A stretch of 64,000 nt of DNA from an uncultured Acidobacteriota bacterium (GTDB lineage Bacteria > Actinomycetota > Acidimicrobiia > Spongiisociales > ZC4RG35). The translations under genes were made by a program, and so were the position numbers. Under the pieces are notes generated by a model. It saw only the letters and a program-made list of their open reading frames with translations, did no database searches and was not told where the DNA came from. The first letter of the stretch is position 1. The number at the start of each line of letters is the position of its first letter. The stretch is from the NCBI GenBank assembly GCA_963720925.1, contig CAVRHE010000003.1, positions 1,263 through 65,262 on the forward strand. The letters run 5' to 3'. This document shows positions 7,901 to 16,574 of this stretch, in pieces.

Positions 7901-10425
7901 CTAACCCGCCGCAATGGCCGCGAGAGCCGCTTCAGTGACGGGAAGCTCCTCCGCAACGCCATTCGACAGAGCGAAGGCACGAACCTCCAAGCTCTCGGCT
8001 GGAAGAAACTCAGGCATTCTCCCAAGGAATCCACTGACCAAGACATCGTCGACGTCGTAGACCCGCTGAATATCTGGTCGTGTGATTTGTAGGCCCGCCG
8101 TTCCAGAGAACACCCCATTGACAAAGAAGACGACTTGCTCTGCGGGTACCGGGCCCCTCTCGTCCACCGCCCAACCCTGAATCTCGAGATCTTCGAATTC
8201 AGAGCTGAGCAGTGCCGAATCGCTCCAAGCAGCATCGTCGACGGAGCCGACGATTGTCGACTCCTCGGCCACTGGCCAAAACGTCCCATCCGAGGCAACA
8301 AGTCGAGTGACTCGTCCGCTTTCTGCGACCTCCATCCCGAACCTCGTGTGGCCAATCAGATCGATTGTCTCGACCACTGGGTCGCCCGGTGGACCCGAGA
8401 CGGCGAGCAGCTCTAATTCGTTGAACCCGGAGACGAAACCATCGTCCGGAAGGAGCGCGTTGAATCGAGCCTCATCCCCGTCGAGGGCGAAAGTCGGGAC
8501 CACGGTTCTGATCGCACCGTTCAATGCGATTGCGACATGCAGCCCCACCTCAGCTGCTCCGGCCAAGCGACCATGAATGAAGCCTGGTACGAACTGACCA
8601 GTGTTGGGTGTGACATGGGCGAGACGCCAAGACTCGTCAACCAGTGCAGTGAGTCCCGATGCCCGATCGGCAACGTTGCTCGGCGAGGCTCCAATGAGGG
8701 AGTCGTATTCGCCGAATGAGTACAGGTCGAAGCCGCCGCCATCCTTGCCGAACAATGATCCAACGTGGGCTATGGCCTCGGCCACGCCTTCCTCCACATC
8801 ATCGAGCAAGACCTGGTTTCCGTCGCTCCCCTCGACGATGAGCGGGCGTGCCTGTCTGGCGCTTTCCGCAAGGGATTGACCATCCTGTACCCATGGAAGC
8901 TCGACTCCCAAGTGCTCCGCAAGGGTCGGCATCACGTCCACGGTGCGTGACGGGATCGTGTCTACGACACCCCGATCCTGATGGGGTGCCTTGATAAACA
9001 GCGGCACTAACCCGACCTCGTGGCCGTTCTGATCTGTGAGCGGACGGCGGGATGACTCAGGTTCGAAGCTGATTCCGTGGTCGGCAGTGACGACAATGAG
9101 GGCCTCGTCGAGGATCCCGATGCCCTCTAAACGGTCAAGCAAGGCCCCGATCATCCGATCGGTCATCTGGACTTGCAACAAATGACGCTGATATGCCTGG
9201 CTCGCTAAGGCTGACTCAATCCAAACCTCGGATTCCAATCCGTCGAGCTCCTCGCCATTGTTGTATTGACTGCCTGACGGGTAGTAGCGGAAGGGCGCGT
9301 GGGGCAGGAAGAGATGAATGAAGTTCAATCCGGCGTTCGAAGGACTGATTCCTTCGAGGAACTGGCCAAATCGGCCGACTTGATCGGTTTCGAACTCGTC
9401 CTGGGCCACGCGTCCGCGCCTCGCCCGGACTGAACTCGTTGAATGGATCAGAAACGGAAGACGGCCCCAGATGCTTTCGGATTGAGCATCATGGAGTAGA
9501 GCCTCATTGAGTCAACCGTCAGTGAGCTGAACCGATCGCCGAACGTCGTCGACTGAGGATCACCGCAGGTCGTTGGCGGACACAGATGTGTAAAGGGTTC
9601 GATGACATTCATTTCGTGGGAGGAATCCAGGAACGTGAACAAGTTCCCTGGATAGTTGGCCGCGGTCGGTAGGCGAGCAGTATCCGGAAAATGACCACTC
9701 AACAATGCCGGGACCGCCCACAAGGTGTTGTCGTGAGCCGCAGCGGTGTACTTGTACCAGGTCGACATCGAAGCCAGGGCGGCGAAGTTCGGGTAGCGAG
9801 TGGCATCGATACCGCCTTGGAGATTGAGAAGCGACACCACCGGAAACTCGTCGAATACGACGAAGACCACGGGCGTGTCAGAAGCAACGCCTGCTTCAAC
9901 TCCGGTGATACTCGACGGAAAAACGAGTGCGGAGACGGGCGGAGTAACGAGGAAATAGGCAGCAAAGATCAGCGGCGCCGGGATCAAGTACGTCAGAAAA
10001 GTCTTGAACCATTTCGACCGCCCGTACGCCCAGGCTGCAACCACGCCGATCAAGGCCGACCCGACCATAAGCACAATCCAATTGGTCGAGGTGAGCCGGA
10101 CGAGTGTGGTGTGCGAAATCAAGGCAACGAAGAGGCCCACAAATATCGATTGGGCGACCCTGCGCGCCTTCTCTGAAAATCCGTCCGCTGCCCATACGAT
10201 CAGATTCGCCATCAACCCGGGAACCAGAGTCAATACGACGACGAGCAGCACGATGTCGATCGGCTCGTTGCGCCGAGCCACGAAATAGCCCGCACCCGCC
10301 CGGAAGTCGCTGAGCAAGGGCTGGGTGACCGCGAAGGCGCCAAGCATCACGAGGATCAGCGGATCGACGAATCTGCGCCATGACCTGGGTTCGGCGGACC
10401 CGATCGCGGCCTCAGTGGAGGACAT
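7901..10425 (-). pseudogene. Membrane-anchored sulfatase-like hydrolase/transferase (alkaline-phosphatase superfamily, LtaS/EptA-like architecture), split into two frames
   Basis: The upstream part runs from ATG 10425 to stop 9448. It has hydrophobic N-terminal segments, then VVFVVFDEFPVVSLL...HDNTLWAVPALLSGHFP. The downstream part (ORF 7901..9409) continues the same fold (NFIHLFLPHAPFRYYPSG...LIVVTADHGISFEP) and adds a roughly 250-aa C-terminal extension. The two frames differ by -1, and the downstream frame is already open from about 9515. GC content is visibly lower than in the flanks. A GAGGGGG Shine-Dalgarno sequence precedes ATG 10425. Confidence 0.7.
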
Positions 10426-10438
10426 CACTCGGTCCCCC

Positions 10439-11926
10439 TCAGCTGCAGATGCCACTACCGGTGTCTGTGAACTGGGTGCTTCCCGGAGGGGTGATGAATT
10501 CCCAGTCGAGACCACCGGGATAGAGGGTGAGGGCGAGCACGCCAAATGCCTCGTTGAAACGCACGCCGCTGTTGGGCGACGGCCCTTCGAAATCGTCCAG
10601 CGACCGCCCACCGGTCCCTGCGGTGAATTGGGTGATCCCGTCGTCTTCCTCCTCACCCGCTGGGTCCTGGGGGAGGAATCGCTCATAGAAGTGGTCGTTG
10701 CCGTTGATCACGACATCGGCGTCGGCCTCGTAGAACGCCTCGAAGATCGGAAGCATCTCGGGATTCGTCCCACCGGAGCGGGAACTGAACAGCGGCTGAT
10801 GCCAGTAACCCAGGGTGCAGGCCGTGGAATGAGCAGCCAGGTCTTCCCGCAGCCATTCCTCCTGTGGCGAGCCCGCCTCGCATCCCACCTCGGTGCAGTT
10901 GGAGTTGATAACCACGATGTGCCAGCCGCCGAGGTTGTAGCTGTACCAGCCTTCGGCCGGGTCCCCCGCGGCGGCGCCAAAGTATTCGAAATAGGCGGAA
11001 GCCCCCGAGGTCCGGTACTCACGTGACCCCGCCGCGGGCCTGGTGATCGCCTTGTGACGCCCCCAGCTCGGGTTGTAACAATCGGCGAAGTTGGCCGCAG
11101 ATCCCGACTCATAGGCGTTGTCACCGGCGGTGAAGACCACGGTCTCCGGGCCCCGGGCGACCACCTCGTCGAGCAGAGCCGCGGTGGCTTCGTCTCCGTC
11201 ACTGTCACAGGCGCCGATGTCACCGGCGCCAACCAATATCGCCTGTTCGCCCGTTGGCGTCTCGCCACCCCCGGCCAATGTGATAACCAGCGTGGGTGGG
11301 GCCTGGGGATTCTCCCTAGAGGCGATATCGATGCCATCCTCGGACTCGGTGCTGACGTAGAAGTCGACACGTCCATTGCCAGTCACCGCTCTCGTCACGT
11401 CGACCTCCACCACCGTCCCGTTGATCGGAGCTACCAAGGGGGCGATCTGGGCGCCGATGGGTGGCGCCGAGGACCAAATCGTCTCGGCCTCGGTCCACGG
11501 CCCATCCACGAGGCTGATCAGACCGCCTTGCTCGGATCCGTCGAGCACGGCGAGGTGGAGGGCCGCCGAGGCGACAGTTGCCCCCTCCGGGATTCCGGTC
11601 ACCTCAAAGCCGATGAGAGCCCTCTTGAACTCGGTTCCATCCTGCTCCGTCTCCATGACCGGAGTCGTCCCCATCGCTGTCGCCAATTCATCGCTGTCGA
11701 CCCAGGTGTCCTCGACCGCCGTGAATGTGATATCGGCATCGCTCGCAGGGACGGTGGTGGTGGTGGTCGTCGGCGGGAGAGTGGTCGGTGGCGTGGTTGT
11801 GGGCGTGGTAGTCGTGGTGGTGATCGGCGCCAGCGTCGTCGTGGTGGGCGGCGTATCGCCATTCGCCACCAGGAACCCGACGATCCCCCCGACCAACAGC
11901 ACGACAACACCGATCAGGACATACAT
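10439..11926 (-). CDS. Membrane-anchored protein: Thr/Pro linker + beta-sandwich (DNRLRE/CBM96-like) module + purple-acid-phosphatase-like metallophosphoesterase domain with degenerate catalytic motifs
   Basis: An N-terminal TM segment (MYVLIGVVVLLVGGIVGFLV) is followed by a PTTTT linker. Next comes ITFTAVEDTWVDSD...ALIGFEVTGIPEGATVASAALHL. The phosphoesterase motifs read GAGDIG, TAGDNAY, GSRE (11018-11029, expected GNH[DE]), WHQP and GNDH (10691-10702, expected GHxH). It is a paralogue of 38149..39744. Confidence 0.75.
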   Translation of the reverse strand: MYVLIGVVVLLVGGIVGFLVANGDTPPTTTTLAPITTTTTTPTTTPPTTLPPTTTTTTVPASDADITFTAVEDTWVDSDELATAMGTTPVMETEQDGTEFKRALIGFEVTGIPEGATVASAALHLAVLDGSEQGGLISLVDGPWTEAETIWSSAPPIGAQIAPLVAPINGTVVEVDVTRAVTGNGRVDFYVSTESEDGIDIASRENPQAPPTLVITLAGGGETPTGEQAILVGAGDIGACDSDGDEATAALLDEVVARGPETVVFTAGDNAYESGSAANFADCYNPSWGRHKAITRPAAGSREYRTSGASAYFEYFGAAAGDPAEGWYSYNLGGWHIVVINSNCTEVGCEAGSPQEEWLREDLAAHSTACTLGYWHQPLFSSRSGGTNPEMLPIFEAFYEADADVVINGNDHFYERFLPQDPAGEEEDDGITQFTAGTGGRSLDDFEGPSPNSGVRFNEAFGVLALTLYPGGLDWEFITPPGSTQFTDTGSGICS

Positions 11927-12051
11927 GATCGCGGTTTGACGATTAGGACTACCGGTGTTGTCAGAAGTGATGATGCCTCCACGACGACTCTGCAGCTGGT
12001 GCCCACTTCAGACCACCCGTCAGAACAAGGAAATTTAGCGGCAGCCACCCA

Positions 12052-13069
12052 CTAGAGATTCTCGCCACGTGGCTGTCGGCGAAAGAGCACCCAACCGGCA
12101 CGCCAGAGCACGCGTTTTGTCTGCCACCGGACCCATTCCCAACCAACCACCAGCGGTGAGACCTGTTTCTTCGATGCTCGCTGGTAGCCCACCGCCTCCA
12201 ACGTCTCGCCGGCGATGGCCTCGAACAGGGCCAGGTCCTCGGCCGACATGGAGTGTTTCCAGTCGATCAGGCCTTTGGTTGGGAGCCATGGTCAGATGCT
12301 GATGATCTGCCGGGTTCTTCGCCTCGGCGAGGAAGCGCTCGGCTGTCCCCTGATAGTCGAGCATCTCCTCGTGGAAATCGAGCCCCAGGTATTCGCACAT
12401 GGAACGCACCGTGGCCTCCGGGTCCTCGATCAGGTCTTCGTAGTGGAACTCCCGATAGCGATCGGGGCCCAGGGTTGCGGCGGCTCGATGCCCCCGAGAG
12501 ACCCGGAGCTTCCAGTGAAAGGCGCCTTCCGCCACCGTGGCCGGGCCCTTGTCCCGTTCGAGATAGGCGAGCACCACATCGCGTCCGTCGCGGACCAGAT
12601 GAACGAACCGGGCCTCGGGGAACAGGCCGGCGATCGGCTCGATGAACGAGATGTAGAGCGGAGTCTTGTCCCCATACATGTCTTTGCCCCGGGTCTGGGC
12701 GTACATGGCGAAGACGATCCTGACCGCATCGGCAAAGCCGGCTGGGCGCTGATCCTCGATTGCCGACCTCACCTCCTCCCGAGGCAGGCCGAGGCGGCGA
12801 AAGTTGGACACGGCGTAGAGGTCGCCGAGGAAGCGATCGATGTCCAGGCCTCCACTCCCCTCGTAGCGGGAGTGATTCGGGGCCATCGTGGCCAAAAATC
12901 GCGGCTCATGGGCGACTGCCAGCTCCGGATGGGAGTCGAAGATCATTCGCAGGAGCGTCAGACCCGATCGTCCGCTGCTGACGAAGATCGGGACCACCGA
13001 TTGCACCGGGATCACGGTAACAGCGGGCAAAATCAGCCAATAACTGCTTGGGTTCTCGCCGGTTCTCAA
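12052..13069 (-). pseudogene. Sulfotransferase-family protein, reading frame broken once
   Basis: It carries the PAPS-loop-like motif PIFVSSGRSGLTLL and ...LFPEARFVHLVRDGRDVVLAY... The frame of ORF 12035..13069 loses similarity after ...HQHLTMAP. The frame of ORF 12052..12249 continues with KGLIDWKHSMSAEDLALFEAIAGETLEAVGY, which parallels PPTKGLRDWRRELSDDQIARFEALAGDLLEDLGY of the paralogue at 48489..49395. The junction is at 12277-12283 (CCCAACC on the coding strand). The start is uncertain: TTG 13069, or one of three in-frame GTGs just downstream. Confidence 0.7.
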
Positions 13070-13099
13070 AGCCCGACGAGGCTCTAATATGTCGCCCGC

Positions 13100-13954
13100 A
13101 TGACGACTAGAACAAGTTGGTGGGGCAAACGTTCACTTTGGCAGCGATTCGTTCTGCTCCTGGTGGTAGTGGGGATCGCCGCCGCAGCCTTTTACTTTCT
13201 GACCCGGGGGCCGGCGCCGCAGCCCTCGATATACCGGATCGCCTCCTCGGGCGAAGGCGAGGCCACAGTCGTGGCCGAGGGCAACGATCCGCAGTGGTCA
13301 CCTGATGGGAATTCGGTCCTTCTCACCGCAGACGACGAGGAAGGTGTCGAAGGCATCTACCTGCTGGAGCTGGGTGGAGGCGAGCCCACCTTCATCACCA
13401 CTGGAGGGAACCCGAGCTGGTCGGCGGACGGTGCCACCATTGCGTTCAGCCTCGAAGACGACCAAGGCGTGTCCGGCATCTACACCATCGACACTGCTGG
13501 TGGTGAGCCTACGTTCCTAGTCGACGGCGATGAGCCGGTCATCTCTCCCGACGGCGCCTTGATCGCCTTTAGCGGTCAGGACCAGGGCGGGAACCCGGGC
13601 GTCTACACGTACGAGGTGGGCACCGAGGCCGTCACGTTGCTCACCCCCGGAAATGAGCCTGCCTGGTCGCCGGACGGGACGACCATCGCCTTTGTCAGCG
13701 ACAACTCCGAGGGCGACGCCGAGATCCAGCTCTTCGACCTGGCCAGCTCCGAGATCACCTTCGTCACCGGCGGCGACGACCCGGTGTGGTCACCGGACGG
13801 ATCGACTCTCGCCTTCAGCGGCGAGGACAGTGCCGAGTTGCCGATCGTGGCCACGGTTGCTCCTGGCTCGACGCCGGCAGAAGTCACCAGCGGCGAGGAG
13901 CCATCGTGGTCTCCGGACGGAACCGAGCTCGTCTTTGTGAGGACACCCGAGTAG
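13100..13954 (+). CDS. Membrane-anchored TolB-like beta-propeller protein (PD40/WD40-like repeats)
   Basis: It has an N-terminal TM segment (FVLLLVVVGIAAAAFYFL). About six diverged repeats follow, of the type P(Q/S/A)WSPDG..IAF...G..(I/V)Y. Confidence 0.75.
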   Translation: MTTRTSWWGKRSLWQRFVLLLVVVGIAAAAFYFLTRGPAPQPSIYRIASSGEGEATVVAEGNDPQWSPDGNSVLLTADDEEGVEGIYLLELGGGEPTFITTGGNPSWSADGATIAFSLEDDQGVSGIYTIDTAGGEPTFLVDGDEPVISPDGALIAFSGQDQGGNPGVYTYEVGTEAVTLLTPGNEPAWSPDGTTIAFVSDNSEGDAEIQLFDLASSEITFVTGGDDPVWSPDGSTLAFSGEDSAELPIVATVAPGSTPAEVTSGEEPSWSPDGTELVFVRTPE

Positions 13955-13964
13955 CAGGTGCTCG

Positions 13965-15584
13965 TTAGGCAGAGTCTGCCTTCAATATGGCCACAGTCGG
14001 AGACTCGTAGAGCCGGTCAAAGGTCGCGGCGACGTTTCCACCGAGCCACGCCGCATCCGGGCCACGTCGATCGACGATGAGGAAGTCGATTCCGTTTTCG
14101 CTGACCAAAGCGTGAGCTTCGGCGGCACCTGTCGATGGAGCGAATATCTCGTTTGCGATCTGTGCCTGATTTCGCTCGTCGGGAAAAGAGAGTGCTCGAA
14201 CGTCGATCCCCGTATAGGTCCGTCTCTTCCCGTAACCCTGGACCCACCAGCCGAGGGGGTTCCCATTGGGGCCGGCAGATGCGGCCATCAAATCCTGTGG
14301 TGAAGAGTTCTCGCCGAGCCAATCGAGTGCTTCCAAGACTTCATCATCCGCCACTCTGTACCAGTCCGTCGCGGCCACATAGGCAACCAGTCCTCCGGCC
14401 AGGATCGCCGATGCCATGGAGATCAAGAGAGTCGCGATGACCGGGAAAGCCCAGCGATTGATCCTTTTGCCGTTTTCGGGATCCCGACGACCAACCTTCT
14501 CGACCAGCCATTGCACCGTAAGGCTGGCGAGAATGATCAGCCCGACCTGTGTCAGCAGCAGGCCGCGCGCCTCACCCGTCACGAGGAAGAACGTCAGACC
14601 GGCCACGGTCCAGGAAGATCCGACAGCTAGTGTCGCTTGTCGCCCGTCCTTCACCCCTCGTATCGCCAGAGCAGCGATTCCGAGCGCGGCCACCAACACC
14701 CAGGGGACGACGGCATCCCGGATAGCCAAGTCGATCGATTCCATGCGGGAGACGTCGTATGGGTTGAGAACTGCAGTCACACCCGCCTCCGCCCCGGCGA
14801 TTCTGGTGAGCACGACGAACAGTCCGCCGGGAATGAGAACGGCGAGTACCACCGCAAACGCCCTCAAGATCTCCCGGCGATTTCTCCTTGCGTTCAGAAC
14901 CCAATGCAGCACCGCAAGTGGCAGTGCCACCAGCAGCAAACCCCCGATCAGGGCGTGGGTGGCGAATGTCAGCGCAGCAAAGACGAGGGTGACAATCAGG
15001 ATCCAGAAGCGATCAAGGCTCAACCATCGAATAGCGAAGTACACAGTCAGCAAAGCAAATGCCGTTCCCATCAGTTGGGGATATCCACCCCAGGCGTAGG
15101 CCTCGAGCTGCGCGCCGGCCACACCGCAACACACCGCGGCCCCAGTCGCGTACCAACGACCCAGGGGTCGGCAGCAGATGTAGACCGCCACCACGAGCAG
15201 CGCCTTTGCAAGGAGCGCGATCACCACAAGAGCGGGAATGGCTCCAAGCAGCTGCACGCCGAGCGCGAGGAGCGCAGGGAATACCGGGGGATAGGCAACG
15301 TCGGAGGCCATTACATCATCGCCAGTCAGGCCACGGGCGATGGCAAGCCAATTCCCACCGTCCGCACCGCTCGGGATCATCCCTGGAATCGAGAGGTGGA
15401 TGCCGACGACGAGGACGACCAGAGCGGTGATTAGGAGGAGATCCCAGAAGTCGAAATGGCTCCCTGCAGCCGACGGCTCGAGGGTTTCGCCTTGTGCTGT
15501 ATCGAGAACGCCTGAGGACATCTGACGTGTGATTTCCTTGAAGTTTGGTCGAACGGACCCAACGGTTACGGGAGTTTCCGCCAT
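13965..15584 (-). CDS. Large polytopic membrane protein, GT-C-fold glycosyltransferase-like, with a C-terminal soluble domain
   Basis: The 539-aa ORF has more than 10 hydrophobic segments by eye. An acidic first-loop motif (SGADGGNWLAIARG) recalls PMT/ArnT-type GT-C enzymes. The roughly 150-aa C-terminal domain is hydrophilic. GC content is lower than in the neighbours. The family assignment is tentative. Confidence 0.45.
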   Translation of the reverse strand: MAETPVTVGSVRPNFKEITRQMSSGVLDTAQGETLEPSAAGSHFDFWDLLLITALVVLVVGIHLSIPGMIPSGADGGNWLAIARGLTGDDVMASDVAYPPVFPALLALGVQLLGAIPALVVIALLAKALLVVAVYICCRPLGRWYATGAAVCCGVAGAQLEAYAWGGYPQLMGTAFALLTVYFAIRWLSLDRFWILIVTLVFAALTFATHALIGGLLLVALPLAVLHWVLNARRNRREILRAFAVVLAVLIPGGLFVVLTRIAGAEAGVTAVLNPYDVSRMESIDLAIRDAVVPWVLVAALGIAALAIRGVKDGRQATLAVGSSWTVAGLTFFLVTGEARGLLLTQVGLIILASLTVQWLVEKVGRRDPENGKRINRWAFPVIATLLISMASAILAGGLVAYVAATDWYRVADDEVLEALDWLGENSSPQDLMAASAGPNGNPLGWWVQGYGKRRTYTGIDVRALSFPDERNQAQIANEIFAPSTGAAEAHALVSENGIDFLIVDRRGPDAAWLGGNVAATFDRLYESPTVAILKADSA

Positions 15585-15635
15585 TAAGGTAGGGGCCGAA
15601 CATCAGGCAAGCATCAAGTCGGGGGACGGGACGCA

Positions 15636-16574
15636 GTGACTCATTCGAGCGAGGAGAGCAGACGAGGGCCGAATTGGGGGCGCCTCGCCATAGTGGTGGT
15701 TGTCCTCGGTGCGATCCTCACCTTCTGGTTCTTGAACACCGGAGACGATGGAGAACCCGGAGCCACGACTACCACCCCTGAGGCGCAAGCCACCACAACC
15801 CCGACCAGTGTGGTGCAGACCCCGACGACGGCAGCCCCTTCGACGACAACAGCACCGACCAGTGCAACGACCACCGCGGCCGCCCCTGGAACCACAGGAA
15901 CCGCGGCCGCCGGGGGAGTTGGCGCCGTCTATGTCGTGGGTCTCGATGGCGCCAATGCCACCTGGCTCACGGATGGGTCAACCCCCACGTGGTCGCCCAA
16001 TGGGGACCAGATCGCTTTTCAAGGCACCGACGGCATCTACGTGATGGGCGCCGACGGGTCCAACGCCACCTGGCTCACCAACGGATCCACACCCGACTGG
16101 TCACCCAACGGCGACCAGATCGCCATCACCGGAACCGACGGGATCTACGTGATGGGCGCCGACGGGTCCAACGCCACCTGGCTCACCAACGGATCCACAC
16201 CCGACTGGTCACCCAACGGCGACCAGATCGTGTTCCAGGGCACCGACGGGATCTACGTGATGGGCGCCGACGGGTCCAACGCCACCTGGCTCACCAACGG
16301 ATCCACACCCGACTGGTCACCCAACGGCGACCAGATCGCCTTCACCGGAACCGACGGGATCTACGTGATGGGCGCCGACGGGTCCAACGCCACCTGGCTC
16401 ACCAACGGATCCACACCTGACTGGTCACCCAACGGCGACGAAGTCGTGTTCACCGGAACCGATGGGATCTACGTGATGGGCGCCGACGGGTCCAACGCCA
16501 CCTGGCTCACCAACGGATCCGCACCAGACTGGTCACCCAACGGCGACCAGATCGTGTTCCAGGGCACCGCCTAG
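15636..16574 (+). CDS. Membrane-anchored six-blade PD40 beta-propeller protein with near-identical blades
   Basis: The start is GTG. A TM segment (LAIVVVVLGAILTFWFL) is followed by a Thr/Ala/Pro linker. Then come six units of 36 aa, GTDGIYVMGADGSNATWLTNGSTPDWSPNGDQI(A/V)F(T/Q). The stop overlaps the stop of the convergent gene at 16571. Confidence 0.85.
   Translation: MTHSSEESRRGPNWGRLAIVVVVLGAILTFWFLNTGDDGEPGATTTTPEAQATTTPTSVVQTPTTAAPSTTTAPTSATTTAAAPGTTGTAAAGGVGAVYVVGLDGANATWLTDGSTPTWSPNGDQIAFQGTDGIYVMGADGSNATWLTNGSTPDWSPNGDQIAITGTDGIYVMGADGSNATWLTNGSTPDWSPNGDQIVFQGTDGIYVMGADGSNATWLTNGSTPDWSPNGDQIAFTGTDGIYVMGADGSNATWLTNGSTPDWSPNGDEVVFTGTDGIYVMGADGSNATWLTNGSAPDWSPNGDQIVFQGTA
15915..16562 (+). 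repeat. In-frame tandem repeat, period 108 bp, six units (the last five nearly identical)
   Basis: Unit boundaries were read directly at 16023, 16131, 16239, 16347 and 16455. Units 2-6 differ only at a handful of positions, mostly in the last four codons. Unit 1 (about 15915-16022) is more diverged. Confidence 0.9.

Noticed and set aside
10426-10686. N-terminal extensions offered by the ORF track. Affected regions: 10426-10686, 1569-1754, 4231-4317, 5595-5777, 17597-17740, 20932-21135, 39745-39954, 45544-45615, 24982-25068 and 51153-51227.
   Set aside because: Each extension overlaps the upstream gene or an intergenic region and is Arg/Pro-rich. Each is followed by an internal start that gives the family-typical N-terminus, often with a start-stop overlap or a Shine-Dalgarno sequence.
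11740-11850. Thr/Pro-rich repetitive DNA, also at about 15770-15900 and 39530-39620, considered as a repeat element.
   Set aside because: These are in-frame low-complexity linkers (PTTTT, TTAP) between the membrane anchor and the ectodomain of secreted proteins. They are not independent repeats or mobile DNA.
15915-16562. A regular repeat array that could be mistaken for a CRISPR or satellite locus.
   Set aside because: The period is 108 bp with no unique spacers. The array is entirely in frame within a PD40 propeller gene and encodes one blade per unit.
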